Assembly (NCBI GenBank): GCA_965249575.1
Contig: OZ252244.1
Location: forward strand, 1,046,434-1,110,433
Origin: Gemmatimonadales bacterium
GTDB lineage: Bacteria > Gemmatimonadota > Gemmatimonadetes > Gemmatimonadales > GWC2-71-9
DNA length: 64,000 bases
Direction: 5' to 3'
In this document: positions 38,901 through 46,642 of the stretch, one piece after another
Layout: each line of letters opens with the position of its first letter
Numbering within the stretch: position 1 is the first letter of the stretch
Notes under the pieces: generated by a model
Seen by the model: the letters and a program-made list of their open reading frames with translations, nothing else
What the model was told of the DNA's origin: nothing
Databases searched by the model: none
Program-made: the position numbers and the translations under genes

Positions 38901-41387
38901 GCCTTCGAATTGGAGACGAAGCTGGCGGTGAGCTACCAGGAGGAGAGCTACACGGCGAGGGAAGGTGGAGAGACGGTGACGGTGACGGTGAAGCTGAGCC
39001 AGGGCTGGGACGAGGAGCTGGTGATCCCGATCCGGGTGAGGCGGCCGGAGACGACGGAAGTCGCCGACTATACCCTAGATGGTTTGGAGGAGTGGGATGC
39101 CCAGGAGGGCACCGGCCTGCTGACCTTTCCAGCCGAGGAAACGGGACAGACGTTCACGATAGAGGCCAACCATGACGGGGACGGGGACGACGAGACGGTG
39201 GAGCTGGGATTTGGGGACTTGCCGACGGCGGTGATGGCGGGGGACCCAGCCGTGGCGACGGTGACGCTGGAGGACAAAGGACTGGTGGAGCTGAAGGTGA
39301 GCTTTGGGCAGGCGGAGTACGAGATTAGGGAAGGCCAGCAGGCCGACATCGAGGTGAAGGTGGCGCCGACGGCGGATCGGCGGGTGGAAGTACCGCTGGT
39401 GGTGGCGCCTAAAGGAGGGGCCACTGACGAGGACTACAGTGGGGTACCGGTGTCGTTGGTGATCGAGGAAGGCGAGAGTGAGGGGACGTTTTCCGTGGAG
39501 GTGCTGGCGGATGAAGTGAACGATCCTGGGGAGGGGATTGTGCTGAGCTTTGGAGAGTTGCCGGAGGCGGTCAGTGAAGGAGAAATCCCGCAGACAACAG
39601 TGAACTTCAGGCAGCGGCGCACGGCGGAGCAGTTCTCGCAAACGCTGGAGGTGGCGCTGGCGGTCTTAGCACGGTCGACGGCCGCGAGCGCACAGTCAGC
39701 CATTGAGGGTCGCTTTGAGCGGCATCGGCAGTGGAGTCGGCTGGGGGCAGCCGGAGGAGCGGTGTCGACAGCGCAGCCGGGAAGCGACAATAGCGCCACG
39801 GGTCTGGGTGAGGGAGAATCGCAGCGGATAGACAGCGAGAGCCTCGAGGGCGCCGGCAGGCGAAGAGCTGAAGGGCCGGTAGTGCCGAGCGCTGGGGGCG
39901 CGGCCGGGGCCCGAGCAGTGATGGGATCGAGTGGGGAGTCGGGAGACCGGGAAAGTGGCGTGCAGGGAGCGTGGCTGCAGAACGTCTCGCTGGGTGGATT
40001 AGCGGGCCTGTTCGGCTACGGCCAGGGCGATGCGGGCGTCTCGACCGGCTCCGGCATGGGGCCGAGTGGGACCGGCCCGACTGTCGGGTTGGGAGGGCAG
40101 CCAGGTTACGGTCAGAATCGATTCCAGGGTGCGGGGACCAGGGACTCGTCGCTGAGATCGGGATCGGGCGAGTACTCGGGGAGGAGGAATCGAGAGCTCA
40201 ACCTTGCGGGAGTGTCCTTCGAGATGCCCTTGGCAGGACAGCAGAAGGGGACGAGCAGGAGCTGGGTACCGGCGTTGTGGGGGCAAGGGGACCTGCAGCA
40301 CTTCAACGGGAACCTGGCGCGGTACGAGATGAGCTATCGAGGAGGTCTCGAGGCCGCCCATGTGGGGCTGGACCTCTATGCCAACGACAAGGTGCTGACC
40401 GGGCTGTCGTTCATGCGCAGCTGGGGGAACATGGATTACAGCGACGATGGGTCCGATGGGGTGTTGAGGAGTCGCATGAACACGTTTCATCCCTATCTGT
40501 ACTGGCAGCCGACGAAACGGGTGAGCGTGTGGGGCATGGGAGGCTTGGGACGAGGGCGAGTGGACGTCAACGAGCCGGGGAGGAGTCACGACTTCGAGGC
40601 CGACTTTCGGATGTTCGCCGGGGGATTGAGGACGGTGCTGACGCGGCGAGGCAGCAATGAGTTGGGGCTGCGGGCGGACGCCTTCTCGGCGCAACTGAGG
40701 ACCGAAGCCTCCGAAGACATCGCGAAGGTGCGAGGTGAGGCCCACCGGGCGCGGTTGATGCTGGAGTGGGTGTACACCAAGCAGCTGTCAGTGGGGCGAT
40801 CCCTGAGCCTGAAGGCGGAGGCCGGCGGGCGTTTCGACGGGGGCGATGCGGAACGGGGCAGCGGCGCGGAAACAGGATTCCGTCTGGGGTATCTGGATGC
40901 GAACAGTGGACTGGACGTGGCCATGTATGGCCGGGTGCTGGTGGTGCACGCAAGCGACTACCGGGACTGGGGATTGGGGGTACAGGCGAGCTGGGACCCG
41001 GGCGAGAAGCAGCGCGGGCTCCGGGTGGCGGTGACCTCCGCGCGGGGCCAGGATGGAGGCGGCCGAACGACGCTATGGAACAACGCTAATATGGTCACGC
41101 GCCCGCCGGGGATGGGAGCAATGGGATTGGGTTCCCAGAGCCGGATGGAAAGCGAGGTGGCCTACGGCGGCCTGAAGGCGCTGGGCTTACCGGGTCTGCT
41201 GACGCCCTATAGCCGGCTGCGATGGGCCGGACAGGGCCGGGAGCTGGCCTGGGGGACCGCTTGGAGCCTGCCTCCACGCTCGCAGCTGGCGCTGCCATTG
41301 ATGTTGGAATTGGAAGCCTTGAGGCGGGAGAACAGAACGGGTCCGGCTGATCTAGCGGTGCTGGTGCGAATGTCGATCCCCTTCTGA
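35931..41387 (+). CDS. Giant (1818 aa) autotransporter-type adhesin: Ig-like/cadherin-like/Calx-beta-like repeats + C-terminal beta-barrel
   Basis: Internal signal-like segment RRRGGWGRAGVFAVAACLAWLAWPTAAFAQG. Repeated ...GNTGT..VTVTI..G..ATS.ASG.WV..V modules. Two putative-Ig units (YTAPS.L.VGV.I.P..PTTSDTDI.SY). Calx-beta-like units (VSYQEESYTAREGGETVTVTV; FGQAEYEIREGQQADIEV). Gly/Ser-rich linker, then an alternating-hydrophobic C-terminal ~450 aa ending ...LVRMSIPF (terminal Phe). Start codon uncertain. Confidence 0.8.
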   Translation: MAMRTVSRPKIIGAISPPPYAQSSPPKPDVEGAQSPPAAHRDDSLATNPSGGLITEDHPPKRRRGGWGRAGVFAVAACLAWLAWPTAAFAQGIGVYSIASNDVVDASEKWAGFTITGGTGTESGVTVTVNVNGTQVGTATSDASGNWVVNVEGDDTGNASFVTTAVSGQYAAATRGTPGSLDFLSHQRSFTPNLKLPLVVNAVTGDDIVNNGTFDIKGNTGTIGLVPVRLNLGGLILITTSEQGDGTWVRIVRESDTDYSHELSVSLSVTATKTGYTDSDAVSRTLTVDMEAPTVSYTAPSSLKVGVEIDPLSPTTSDTDIASYVASSLLTGLRIDQSTGDISGTPTTVNSSKQTSKVTVTDDGGNTAEENIEFPEVVAGTLTVALDAIAGDDYLNASEFSGGGFDITGNTGTTSGASVTVTITGVDPGGNATPQGTLTATSNASGDWVATVPGSAAYIVANAVLTVSVTATKTNFTSVTVTRTLPVDLTPPSVSYTAPSNLTVGVLITPIAPTTSDTDIVSYATSGDSLPLGLGLNGNTGIISGSPRTANPNTQTVGVLVTDDAGNVDRPQITFPAVELASGVMVSETELTVPEGGSASYTVRLDTQPTDDVTITVERVTGDEDLTASPDTLTFTNSNWSVQQTVTVSAAEDDDGAAGTAQFGHKVISPGTVYHGVSTPGLRATEADNDSIGVKVSPTTLSVPEGGSATYTVRLGTKPQFDVTVAATPDQGGDDDLTVAPDTLIFTEATWNTPQTVTVSAAEDDDQVDGVAIFSHSVSSNDENYTNDEITIDPVTATEADDDRDVIKPTAEVQTEASAPVDGAFEVTITFSEPVEGFELEDIRVTNGTASNFIEISPQEYTATITPEGIGEVRVEVPEEVARDGAGNGNRAAEPLVIEAELERPEVTIAGPTEPVGMAGFEVTITFSEPVEGFELEDIRVTNGTASNFIEISPQEYTATITPEGIGEVRVEVPEEVAEDGAGNGNQAAEAFELETKLAVSYQEESYTAREGGETVTVTVKLSQGWDEELVIPIRVRRPETTEVADYTLDGLEEWDAQEGTGLLTFPAEETGQTFTIEANHDGDGDDETVELGFGDLPTAVMAGDPAVATVTLEDKGLVELKVSFGQAEYEIREGQQADIEVKVAPTADRRVEVPLVVAPKGGATDEDYSGVPVSLVIEEGESEGTFSVEVLADEVNDPGEGIVLSFGELPEAVSEGEIPQTTVNFRQRRTAEQFSQTLEVALAVLARSTAASAQSAIEGRFERHRQWSRLGAAGGAVSTAQPGSDNSATGLGEGESQRIDSESLEGAGRRRAEGPVVPSAGGAAGARAVMGSSGESGDRESGVQGAWLQNVSLGGLAGLFGYGQGDAGVSTGSGMGPSGTGPTVGLGGQPGYGQNRFQGAGTRDSSLRSGSGEYSGRRNRELNLAGVSFEMPLAGQQKGTSRSWVPALWGQGDLQHFNGNLARYEMSYRGGLEAAHVGLDLYANDKVLTGLSFMRSWGNMDYSDDGSDGVLRSRMNTFHPYLYWQPTKRVSVWGMGGLGRGRVDVNEPGRSHDFEADFRMFAGGLRTVLTRRGSNELGLRADAFSAQLRTEASEDIAKVRGEAHRARLMLEWVYTKQLSVGRSLSLKAEAGGRFDGGDAERGSGAETGFRLGYLDANSGLDVAMYGRVLVVHASDYRDWGLGVQASWDPGEKQRGLRVAVTSARGQDGGGRTTLWNNANMVTRPPGMGAMGLGSQSRMESEVAYGGLKALGLPGLLTPYSRLRWAGQGRELAWGTAWSLPPRSQLALPLMLELEALRRENRTGPADLAVLVRMSIPF
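38403..38903 (+). repeat. Two tandem ~288-nt (96-codon) near-identical coding repeats inside the adhesin gene
   Basis: FEVTITFSEPVEGFELEDIRVTNGTASNFIEISPQEYTATITPEGIGEVRVEVPEEVA(R/E)DGAGNGN occurs twice. Nucleotide copies start at 38403 and 38691, with only a handful of differences over about 200 nt. Confidence 0.9.
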
Positions 41388-41783
41388 GGAACTGACCCCG
41401 AGCAGTGGGTCAACCCCCTGCCCGTCCCTACAAGCGGCCCGCCGTCAGCACCAGGGTGAACGACGACCCGGATATCCTGGCTCCGACGTTGGAGAATGGA
41501 CCATTCTGACCGGAAGGACGGAATGGAGTGGACCCCTGAGGCGAGGCCAAGAAATTAGGGACGTGTTGCGGTTGACTGAAAAAGCATAGCGTATCCAGCC
41601 GAATGGGAGCATGATCAAGTCAGCCGGGGAAGCGGAGGCGGGCTCTGCGGGAGCGCAACCCGCCAAGGAATACTGGCTGCAGACTCATCGAAACGATGAG
41701 CGCGGGGTGCGCGCCCACTTAGGCCGCATCCCGCCTTGTGTTTCGCCATCGGATCGATAGATCTGCTCATGCCTTGAGAAAAC

Positions 41784-42605
41784 TCAGGCGGCGTCAGCCG
41801 CCTCTTCCAACAGCCGCTCATACTCTTCCGGCGGCCGATAGCCCAGCGAGGAATGCAATCGCGTGTGATTGTATTCCCGCTCAATATAGGCGCCGATCTC
41901 GGCCTGCGCCTCGGTCAAACTTTCATACTCGTTGCATTCGACTTCCTCCGTTTTCAAAGTCTTGAAAAAGCTTTCCACGTAAGCGTTGTCCTGCGGCCGG
42001 CCCTTGCGGCTCATCGACATCCTCGCGCCGTCTTGCCGCAGTGTTGCTACATAAGCCTCCGAAGCGTACTGCGAACCTTGGTCGGAATGATGAATCCAAC
42101 CCGGCGCCGGACGCCGGCTGCTCAACGCTTGTCTCAGCGCCACCATCGGCAACTCGGTTTTCATATTCGGACCCACGGCCCAACCCACGACGCGCCGCGA
42201 AAACACGTCTAACACCACAGCCACATAGACGAAGCGGTTTCTCAATCGCACATAACTGATATCGGAGCCCCACAGCTTGTTCGGACCCGTTGGCCGGAAC
42301 TCGCGCGCCAGGTTCGGATAACGCCGCAGCTCGTGCTTGGAATCGGTCGTTTGCGGAGCCGTCCGGCGACTCTGGCGCAATAGGTTCTCTTCGCGCATCA
42401 CCCGCTGCACGCGCTTGCGGTTGAGCGTCAGCTCTTGACGGCGCACTTGATGGGTCGTCCGCCGCGTGCCGTAGGCCGGATGGTCCAAGGCGGCGTTGAC
42501 GATCGCCTGACGAAGTCGCCGGGCGCGCTCGCTGTCGGGTTTCGGCTTGCGGTAGAGGCTGGCGCGAGCCAGCCCGCTCAACGGGCACAAATCGCGTGTG
42601 CTCAT
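41784..42605 (-). CDS. IS3-family transposase OrfB (DDE integrase core)
   Basis: ...WGSDISYV...HSDQGSQYAS...MSRKGRPQDNAYVESFFKTLKTEEV...YNHTRLHSSLGYRPP. Confidence 0.9.
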   Translation of the reverse strand: MSTRDLCPLSGLARASLYRKPKPDSERARRLRQAIVNAALDHPAYGTRRTTHQVRRQELTLNRKRVQRVMREENLLRQSRRTAPQTTDSKHELRRYPNLAREFRPTGPNKLWGSDISYVRLRNRFVYVAVVLDVFSRRVVGWAVGPNMKTELPMVALRQALSSRRPAPGWIHHSDQGSQYASEAYVATLRQDGARMSMSRKGRPQDNAYVESFFKTLKTEEVECNEYESLTEAQAEIGAYIEREYNHTRLHSSLGYRPPEEYERLLEEAADAA

Positions 42606-42997
42606 TTTGCCTCCTTTGCCTTGCCGCCTTGCGGCCCGTACTTCGTCAGCGACACGCCGGTTCCACTGACGATGCTCGGCCGGCGCAGATCCTCGACACG
42701 CCGCAAGGCTGCGGACAAAAAATCAATCTCCATGACCTGGCGACCGACTTTGCGTTCCAGCTCGGCGACGCGGGCCTCGGCTTCGCGTCCGGGCTCGACG
42801 CGGGCGCTGCCGTCGGGGCGGCGTCCTGGGCCGGGAAAGGCTCCCTCGACGCCGTAGCGCTCGACTTGCGCCAGCCAGTCGTAGAGCTTTTCGCGTTTAA
42901 CCTCGAGCTCGCGCGCTAAGGCCGAACCCGACTCGCCGGCTTCGAGCCGCCTGACGGCCGCCAGCTTGAACTCCTTTGTGAATCGTCTTCGAGACAA
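42602..42997 (-). CDS. IS3-family transposase OrfA (HTH)
   Basis: MSRRRFTKEFKLAAVRRLEAGESGSALARELEVKREKLYDWL... The stop overlaps the orfB ATG (ATGA). Confidence 0.85.
   Translation of the reverse strand: MSRRRFTKEFKLAAVRRLEAGESGSALARELEVKREKLYDWLAQVERYGVEGAFPGPGRRPDGSARVEPGREAEARVAELERKVGRQVMEIDFLSAALRRVEDLRRPSIVSGTGVSLTKYGPQGGKAKEAK
42716..42722 (-). other. Candidate -1 programmed frameshift heptamer T TTT TTG in orfA
   Basis: Minus strand GAT TTT TTG. The -1 frame is open from here into orfB (FFVRSLAACRGS...GGKMSTRD...). Confidence 0.4.
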
Positions 42998-43330
42998 TCG
43001 AACCTCCTTACCGTTCCCTGGTCCATTGTCCCTTCTTTCCTGGTCTCACTTTTGGGGTCCATTCCAGAAATGTGCTTGACAACGCTTCCGCCTCGAATTT
43101 GCTGGATCGGAAAAAGGGAATTCGGTGACAATTGGGCTTCCGCTTTTTCGGCACGACCTGAATTCCGTAACTCCTTCAAATCTAATGGTTTATTCTCCTG
43201 AGCCGACCGGTGAGTGGTTATGAAGAGGGTTGCGCAAGGGGAGTAACGGGGGCGCCGACGGCGCCCCCGTACTGGCGAGGAGGGCCTACTTTGCAACGCG
43301 TGCGCGACCTCCGACCGCACTCTTTCGTTG

Positions 43331-43349
43331 TCGAGTCCCTCCTCGGGAG
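43331..43349. repeat. attR-like copy of the 19-bp repeat TCGAGTCCCTCCTCGGGAG
   Basis: Exact match to 32169-32187. Followed by TACC instead of CCA. Confidence 0.7.
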
Positions 43350-43424
43350 TACCGCACGCTTGCGCGGCTGCTGGCCGTGCCCTTTCGTTGTCCAGCCCTT
43401 CCTCACATCGTTCGAGACCCTTGC

Positions 43425-44372
43425 ATGGTGACGCTCGAAGACATCCGCACTGCCCGCGAACGCATTGCCGGAGGCGTCCACCGCACGCCGCTGGCCAGCG
43501 CTACGTCGTTGGGCGATCTCGTGGGAACGCGAGTCTACCTGAAGGCGGAATGCCTGCAGAAGACCGGCTCCTTCAAAGTGCGGGGAGTCCTCAACGCACT
43601 CGGATCAATGGATCCCGACGAGCGTGGCCGAGGACTGGTCTCCATCTCGGCGGGCAACCACGCGGCGGCCCTGGCGTGGGGGGCCGCATGCACGGGCACC
43701 CACGCTACCATCGTGATGCCGGAGCGTGCCAGCCCAGCGAAGATCGAAGTCACAAAAGCCTATGGGGGTGACGTAGATCTGACCGATGGTCCGCTCTTGG
43801 AGCGGTGTCACGAGCTCCAAGCCTCTCGCGGGCTCACGCTGGTCCATCCCTTCGACGACCCCTTGGTGGTTGCCGGCCAGGGGACGCTCGGGCTTGAGGT
43901 TCTCGAGGACCTGCCGGAGGTCGAGACCGTCATCGTCCCAATCGGTGGTGGAGGCCTAATCGCCGGCGTCGCGACCGCGATCAAGGAGGAGCGGCCGGAC
44001 GTGAGGATCGTGGGTGTGGAGCCGGTGGGTGCCGACGTGGTCTCGCGGAGCCTGGCGGCGGGCCGGCCGGTGACGATGGACGACATGCACACCATTGCGG
44101 ACGGACTCGCTGCCCCGTTCTGCGGTACGATCCCATTCAAACAGATTGGACATTACGTCGACGACGTCGTCCGGGTCGACGACGAAGCAATCGCGCGGGC
44201 TGTGTGTCTGATTCTCGAACGAGCCAAGCTCGTCACCGAACCGGCTGGAGCCGCCGCTCTTGCCGCTCTGCTGGCCGGCGCCGTCGAACCTCGAGGCACG
44301 GTGGTCTGCATGCTGAGCGGGGGAAATGTCGATGCATCGGTGTTGCGGACCATCTTAGCGGATTCGCGATAA
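43425..44372 (+). CDS. Threonine/serine dehydratase (PLP, short catabolic-type)
   Basis: ATG 43425 (MVTLEDIRTARERI). PLP-lysine motif TGSFKVRG; glycine loop PIGGGGLIAGVA. Confidence 0.85.
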   Translation: MVTLEDIRTARERIAGGVHRTPLASATSLGDLVGTRVYLKAECLQKTGSFKVRGVLNALGSMDPDERGRGLVSISAGNHAAALAWGAACTGTHATIVMPERASPAKIEVTKAYGGDVDLTDGPLLERCHELQASRGLTLVHPFDDPLVVAGQGTLGLEVLEDLPEVETVIVPIGGGGLIAGVATAIKEERPDVRIVGVEPVGADVVSRSLAAGRPVTMDDMHTIADGLAAPFCGTIPFKQIGHYVDDVVRVDDEAIARAVCLILERAKLVTEPAGAAALAALLAGAVEPRGTVVCMLSGGNVDASVLRTILADSR

Positions 44373-45203
44373 TGCGCTCGGGCTGCCGTTGACCACCACA
44401 TGCTCCGCGGCGCCGTCTCCCGCAACGAAGATGATGTTGCCACCCCGAGCGTAAGCCAATGCACGCGCGGTCGTGTACGGCCCTCGGCGGGTGTCTCCAT
44501 GGACAATGAACCAGGCATCGCCGTCCAGAGCGAGATACGCCGTGGCCAACCCTGACGGCGCGAACCGGAACTCGGAGATCGCGTCGTGCTCGGCGCCGGG
44601 GTTCCCGTCGACGATCAGCCGCGCCGTAGCACCGTCACGTGCCACATAACCGACATGCCACCCGTCCGGGCTGAACGTGACATCGCCCATGCCGTCGTGG
44701 CCGGGGCCTATTGAACCGTCGATCACGACGGCCACCCGTCCGTCCCGCTCTGCCGCGAACGCCACGTGCCGGCCCGATGGGTCGAACGTGAGGGACCGGG
44801 AGAAGACGGCGTCGAACGGCTCGCCATACGCGCCGTCAACCACGACGTGCCACGCGCTGTCCCGAAGCGCTACGTACGCCAGCCGCGCACCGTCCGGGCT
44901 GAGAGCGATCCCACCGATCCCCTGAGCAGCAGGTCCGGGCCGACCGTCGTGCACCACGAACCACTCATCGCTCTCCCGAACGGGGAAGGCCACGCTTCGA
45001 CTGTCCTTGGAAAACGTGATATGAGGCAGCGTCACGGCGTCGTAGCAGGTTCGCGGCTCCATGCCGAAGCGCACGCAGGAGCGGCCGTCGACCGAAAAGA
45101 CCTCGAAGTCGGTGTGGTGGTCGGGACTCACCCCCCGCCAGACCCTCGGGGGGCCGCATGCGGCACACGCCAGCGCCAGCAGCGCCACGGCCGGGCGAGG
45201 CAC
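44355..45203 (-). CDS. Lipoprotein with repeated SPDG/PD40-like beta-propeller-type units
   Basis: GTG 45203 gives (M)PRPAVALLALACAACG (lipobox). Repeats ...FSKDSRSVAF..., LSPDGARLAYV, FDPSGRHVAF, FSPDGWHVGYV, FAPSGLATAYL. The 516-aa track ORF is a composite with the upstream gene. Confidence 0.6.
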   Translation of the reverse strand: MPRPAVALLALACAACGPPRVWRGVSPDHHTDFEVFSVDGRSCVRFGMEPRTCYDAVTLPHITFSKDSRSVAFPVRESDEWFVVHDGRPGPAAQGIGGIALSPDGARLAYVALRDSAWHVVVDGAYGEPFDAVFSRSLTFDPSGRHVAFAAERDGRVAVVIDGSIGPGHDGMGDVTFSPDGWHVGYVARDGATARLIVDGNPGAEHDAISEFRFAPSGLATAYLALDGDAWFIVHGDTRRGPYTTARALAYARGGNIIFVAGDGAAEHVVVNGSPSALSRIR

Positions 45204-45211
45204 GGAACGGG

Positions 45212-45755
45212 CTATACCTTTGGGAGGGGGTTTCGCGTCCACGCGCCGGTGAGAGTGCCCTCGACCACAGTGGTGCCGCTCACGGTCGCCTCCGCCTCGA
45301 AGCGGATGAAGTCGCCGTAGTCGCCCATCCACTGCACGTGATAGTCCAGGCGGCATCCTGGGAACACCGGCTGCATGAACTTCAAGTCGACGGCGGTATC
45401 CTCGGTCCAAGTTGCGCAGTGATTCGAGAACCCTTTCGGGATCATCGTCCGCTTCCGACGCGGCTCGCGTCAATACCGTGAGCACGGTGAGGATGGTGGC
45501 GCTCTGCTCGAGGCCTTCCAGACTTAACGCCCCCGGCCAAATCGGCATGTCTGGAAAATGCCCTTCAAAGAAAGGCTCGTTCATTGAGATGTGACGTCCG
45601 GATTCGATCGTGGGGATGCGGTCGGTGTGGAACGCGTGGACGAAGTCCACCATGAGCATCGGGCGGCGCTGCTTGAGGAGCAGCTCCACGACTTTCGAGC
45701 CAAGCTGGAGGTTCCCTGGTCGCTTGGGGCTCACGCCGCACTGCCCTTCGCCCAT
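45212..45755 (-). pseudogene. FabA/FabZ-like hot-dog dehydratase, frame broken by an apparent extra base at 45438-45440
   Basis: N-half RRPMLMVDFVHAF...ISMNEPFFEGHFPDMPIWPGALSLEGLEQS in one frame. C-half PKGFSNHCATWTEDTAVDLKFMQPVFPGCRLDYHV...EATVSGTTVVEGTL in ORF 45212-45445. An alternative GTG start at 45734 gives a GTGA overlap. Confidence 0.65.
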
Positions 45756-46642
45756 GCGTCCAGCGCCTGGGGGCCTTCGATGGGACCCACCCGCACAGCG
45801 TAGCCCAGCACGTCGCGCACCAGTCCCCTGAGGATCTTCGCGGGACCGATCGTGAGCACCTCCGCTACGCCGTTGAGTACCAGCGCGTGCATGGACCGAA
45901 CCCACTGGACCGGGTGGGTGAGCTGTTCCGCGAGCAGGGTCGGAATATCTTCGACCCGCTCGACGACGTCACCCGTGCGGTTCGAAATCCATCGGGAACG
46001 GAGGGGCGCGAGTGCCAGGCTCCCGATGCGGTTTCTCAGCTCGTCGACCGCGCCGGCCAAGGCTGGGCTGTGCCAAGGACCCGGGACGTCAAGCGGGGCT
46101 GTGCGGATAAGCTCGCGGACCCTTGTGAGGCCCGCTCGATCACCCGAGACGGCGATTTGCGAGGGGCTGTTGTACGCCGCGACGGCGACGACGCCGCACG
46201 TGTCCGCATCCGCCACTGCCCGTGCGACCTCCGCTTCCTCAACATCGGTTACGACCATCCCGCCGGGACATAGGGAGGCTTGCCGGGCCATCAGGCGCCC
46301 GCGTTCCGCGGCGAGCTCGATTGCGTCCTCGGGCGAGAACGCACCGCCGGCTGCGCACGCCGCCAGCTCCCCAAGCGAGTGGCCCGCGACAACCCCCGGC
46401 CGCACCCCGCGTTCCACCAGATCGAGATGGATCCCGAGGCACAGGCCGGTGAGCGCCGGTTGCAGCAGTTCGGTTCGCGCCAGCGCTCGGCCCCCCCGTG
46501 CGAACAGTTGCTCGTGATCGACCCCGGCCTCGCGCACCGCCACACCCATCAACCGCCGGACGTTCGCGGAGCGTGCACACCACTCGGCAACGCTCCGCTC
46601 GATGGCGACTCCTTGGCCGGGAAACAGGAAAGCCCGAGTCAC
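45731..46642 (-). CDS. Malonyl-CoA:ACP transacylase-like acyltransferase
   Basis: FLFPGQGV, active-site GHSLGELAA, GPWHSP. GTG 46642 forms a GTGA overlap with the KR fragment stop. Confidence 0.85.
   Translation of the reverse strand: MTRAFLFPGQGVAIERSVAEWCARSANVRRLMGVAVREAGVDHEQLFARGGRALARTELLQPALTGLCLGIHLDLVERGVRPGVVAGHSLGELAACAAGGAFSPEDAIELAAERGRLMARQASLCPGGMVVTDVEEAEVARAVADADTCGVVAVAAYNSPSQIAVSGDRAGLTRVRELIRTAPLDVPGPWHSPALAGAVDELRNRIGSLALAPLRSRWISNRTGDVVERVEDIPTLLAEQLTHPVQWVRSMHALVLNGVAEVLTIGPAKILRGLVRDVLGYAVRVGPIEGPQALDAWAKGSAA

Larger units (their letters stand above)
41490..43066 (-). mobile_element. IS3-family insertion sequence (~1.58 kb)
   Basis: orfA/orfB in the 0/-1 frame arrangement. 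Ends are TGGAGAATGGACC (41490-41502) and the reverse complement of 43056-43066, TGGAATGGACC (TG...CA termini). A second AATGGA(N)GGACC-like subterminal copy sits at each end. No clear target-site duplication, so the boundaries are tentative. Confidence 0.55.
32188..43349. mobile_element. tRNA-Asn-associated genomic island (~11.2 kb), apparently immobilised
   Basis: Bounded by the 19-bp direct repeat. Contains recombinase/IS/RM remnants, strong AGGAGGA ribosome-binding sites, AT-richer patches and a giant adhesin gene. Confidence 0.6.

Noticed and set aside
38403-38903. Possible CRISPR-like or non-coding tandem array
   Set aside because: The repeats are 288 nt long, have no spacers, are in frame and lie inside a protein-coding gene. 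No short repeat-spacer pattern was seen anywhere in the window.
44355-45905. 516-aa ORF treated as one gene
   Set aside because: It is a composite. Its N-terminal part is the first half of the FabZ-like gene read through a frameshift, followed by out-of-frame linker. Only the last 283 codons (from GTG 45203) form the lipoprotein.
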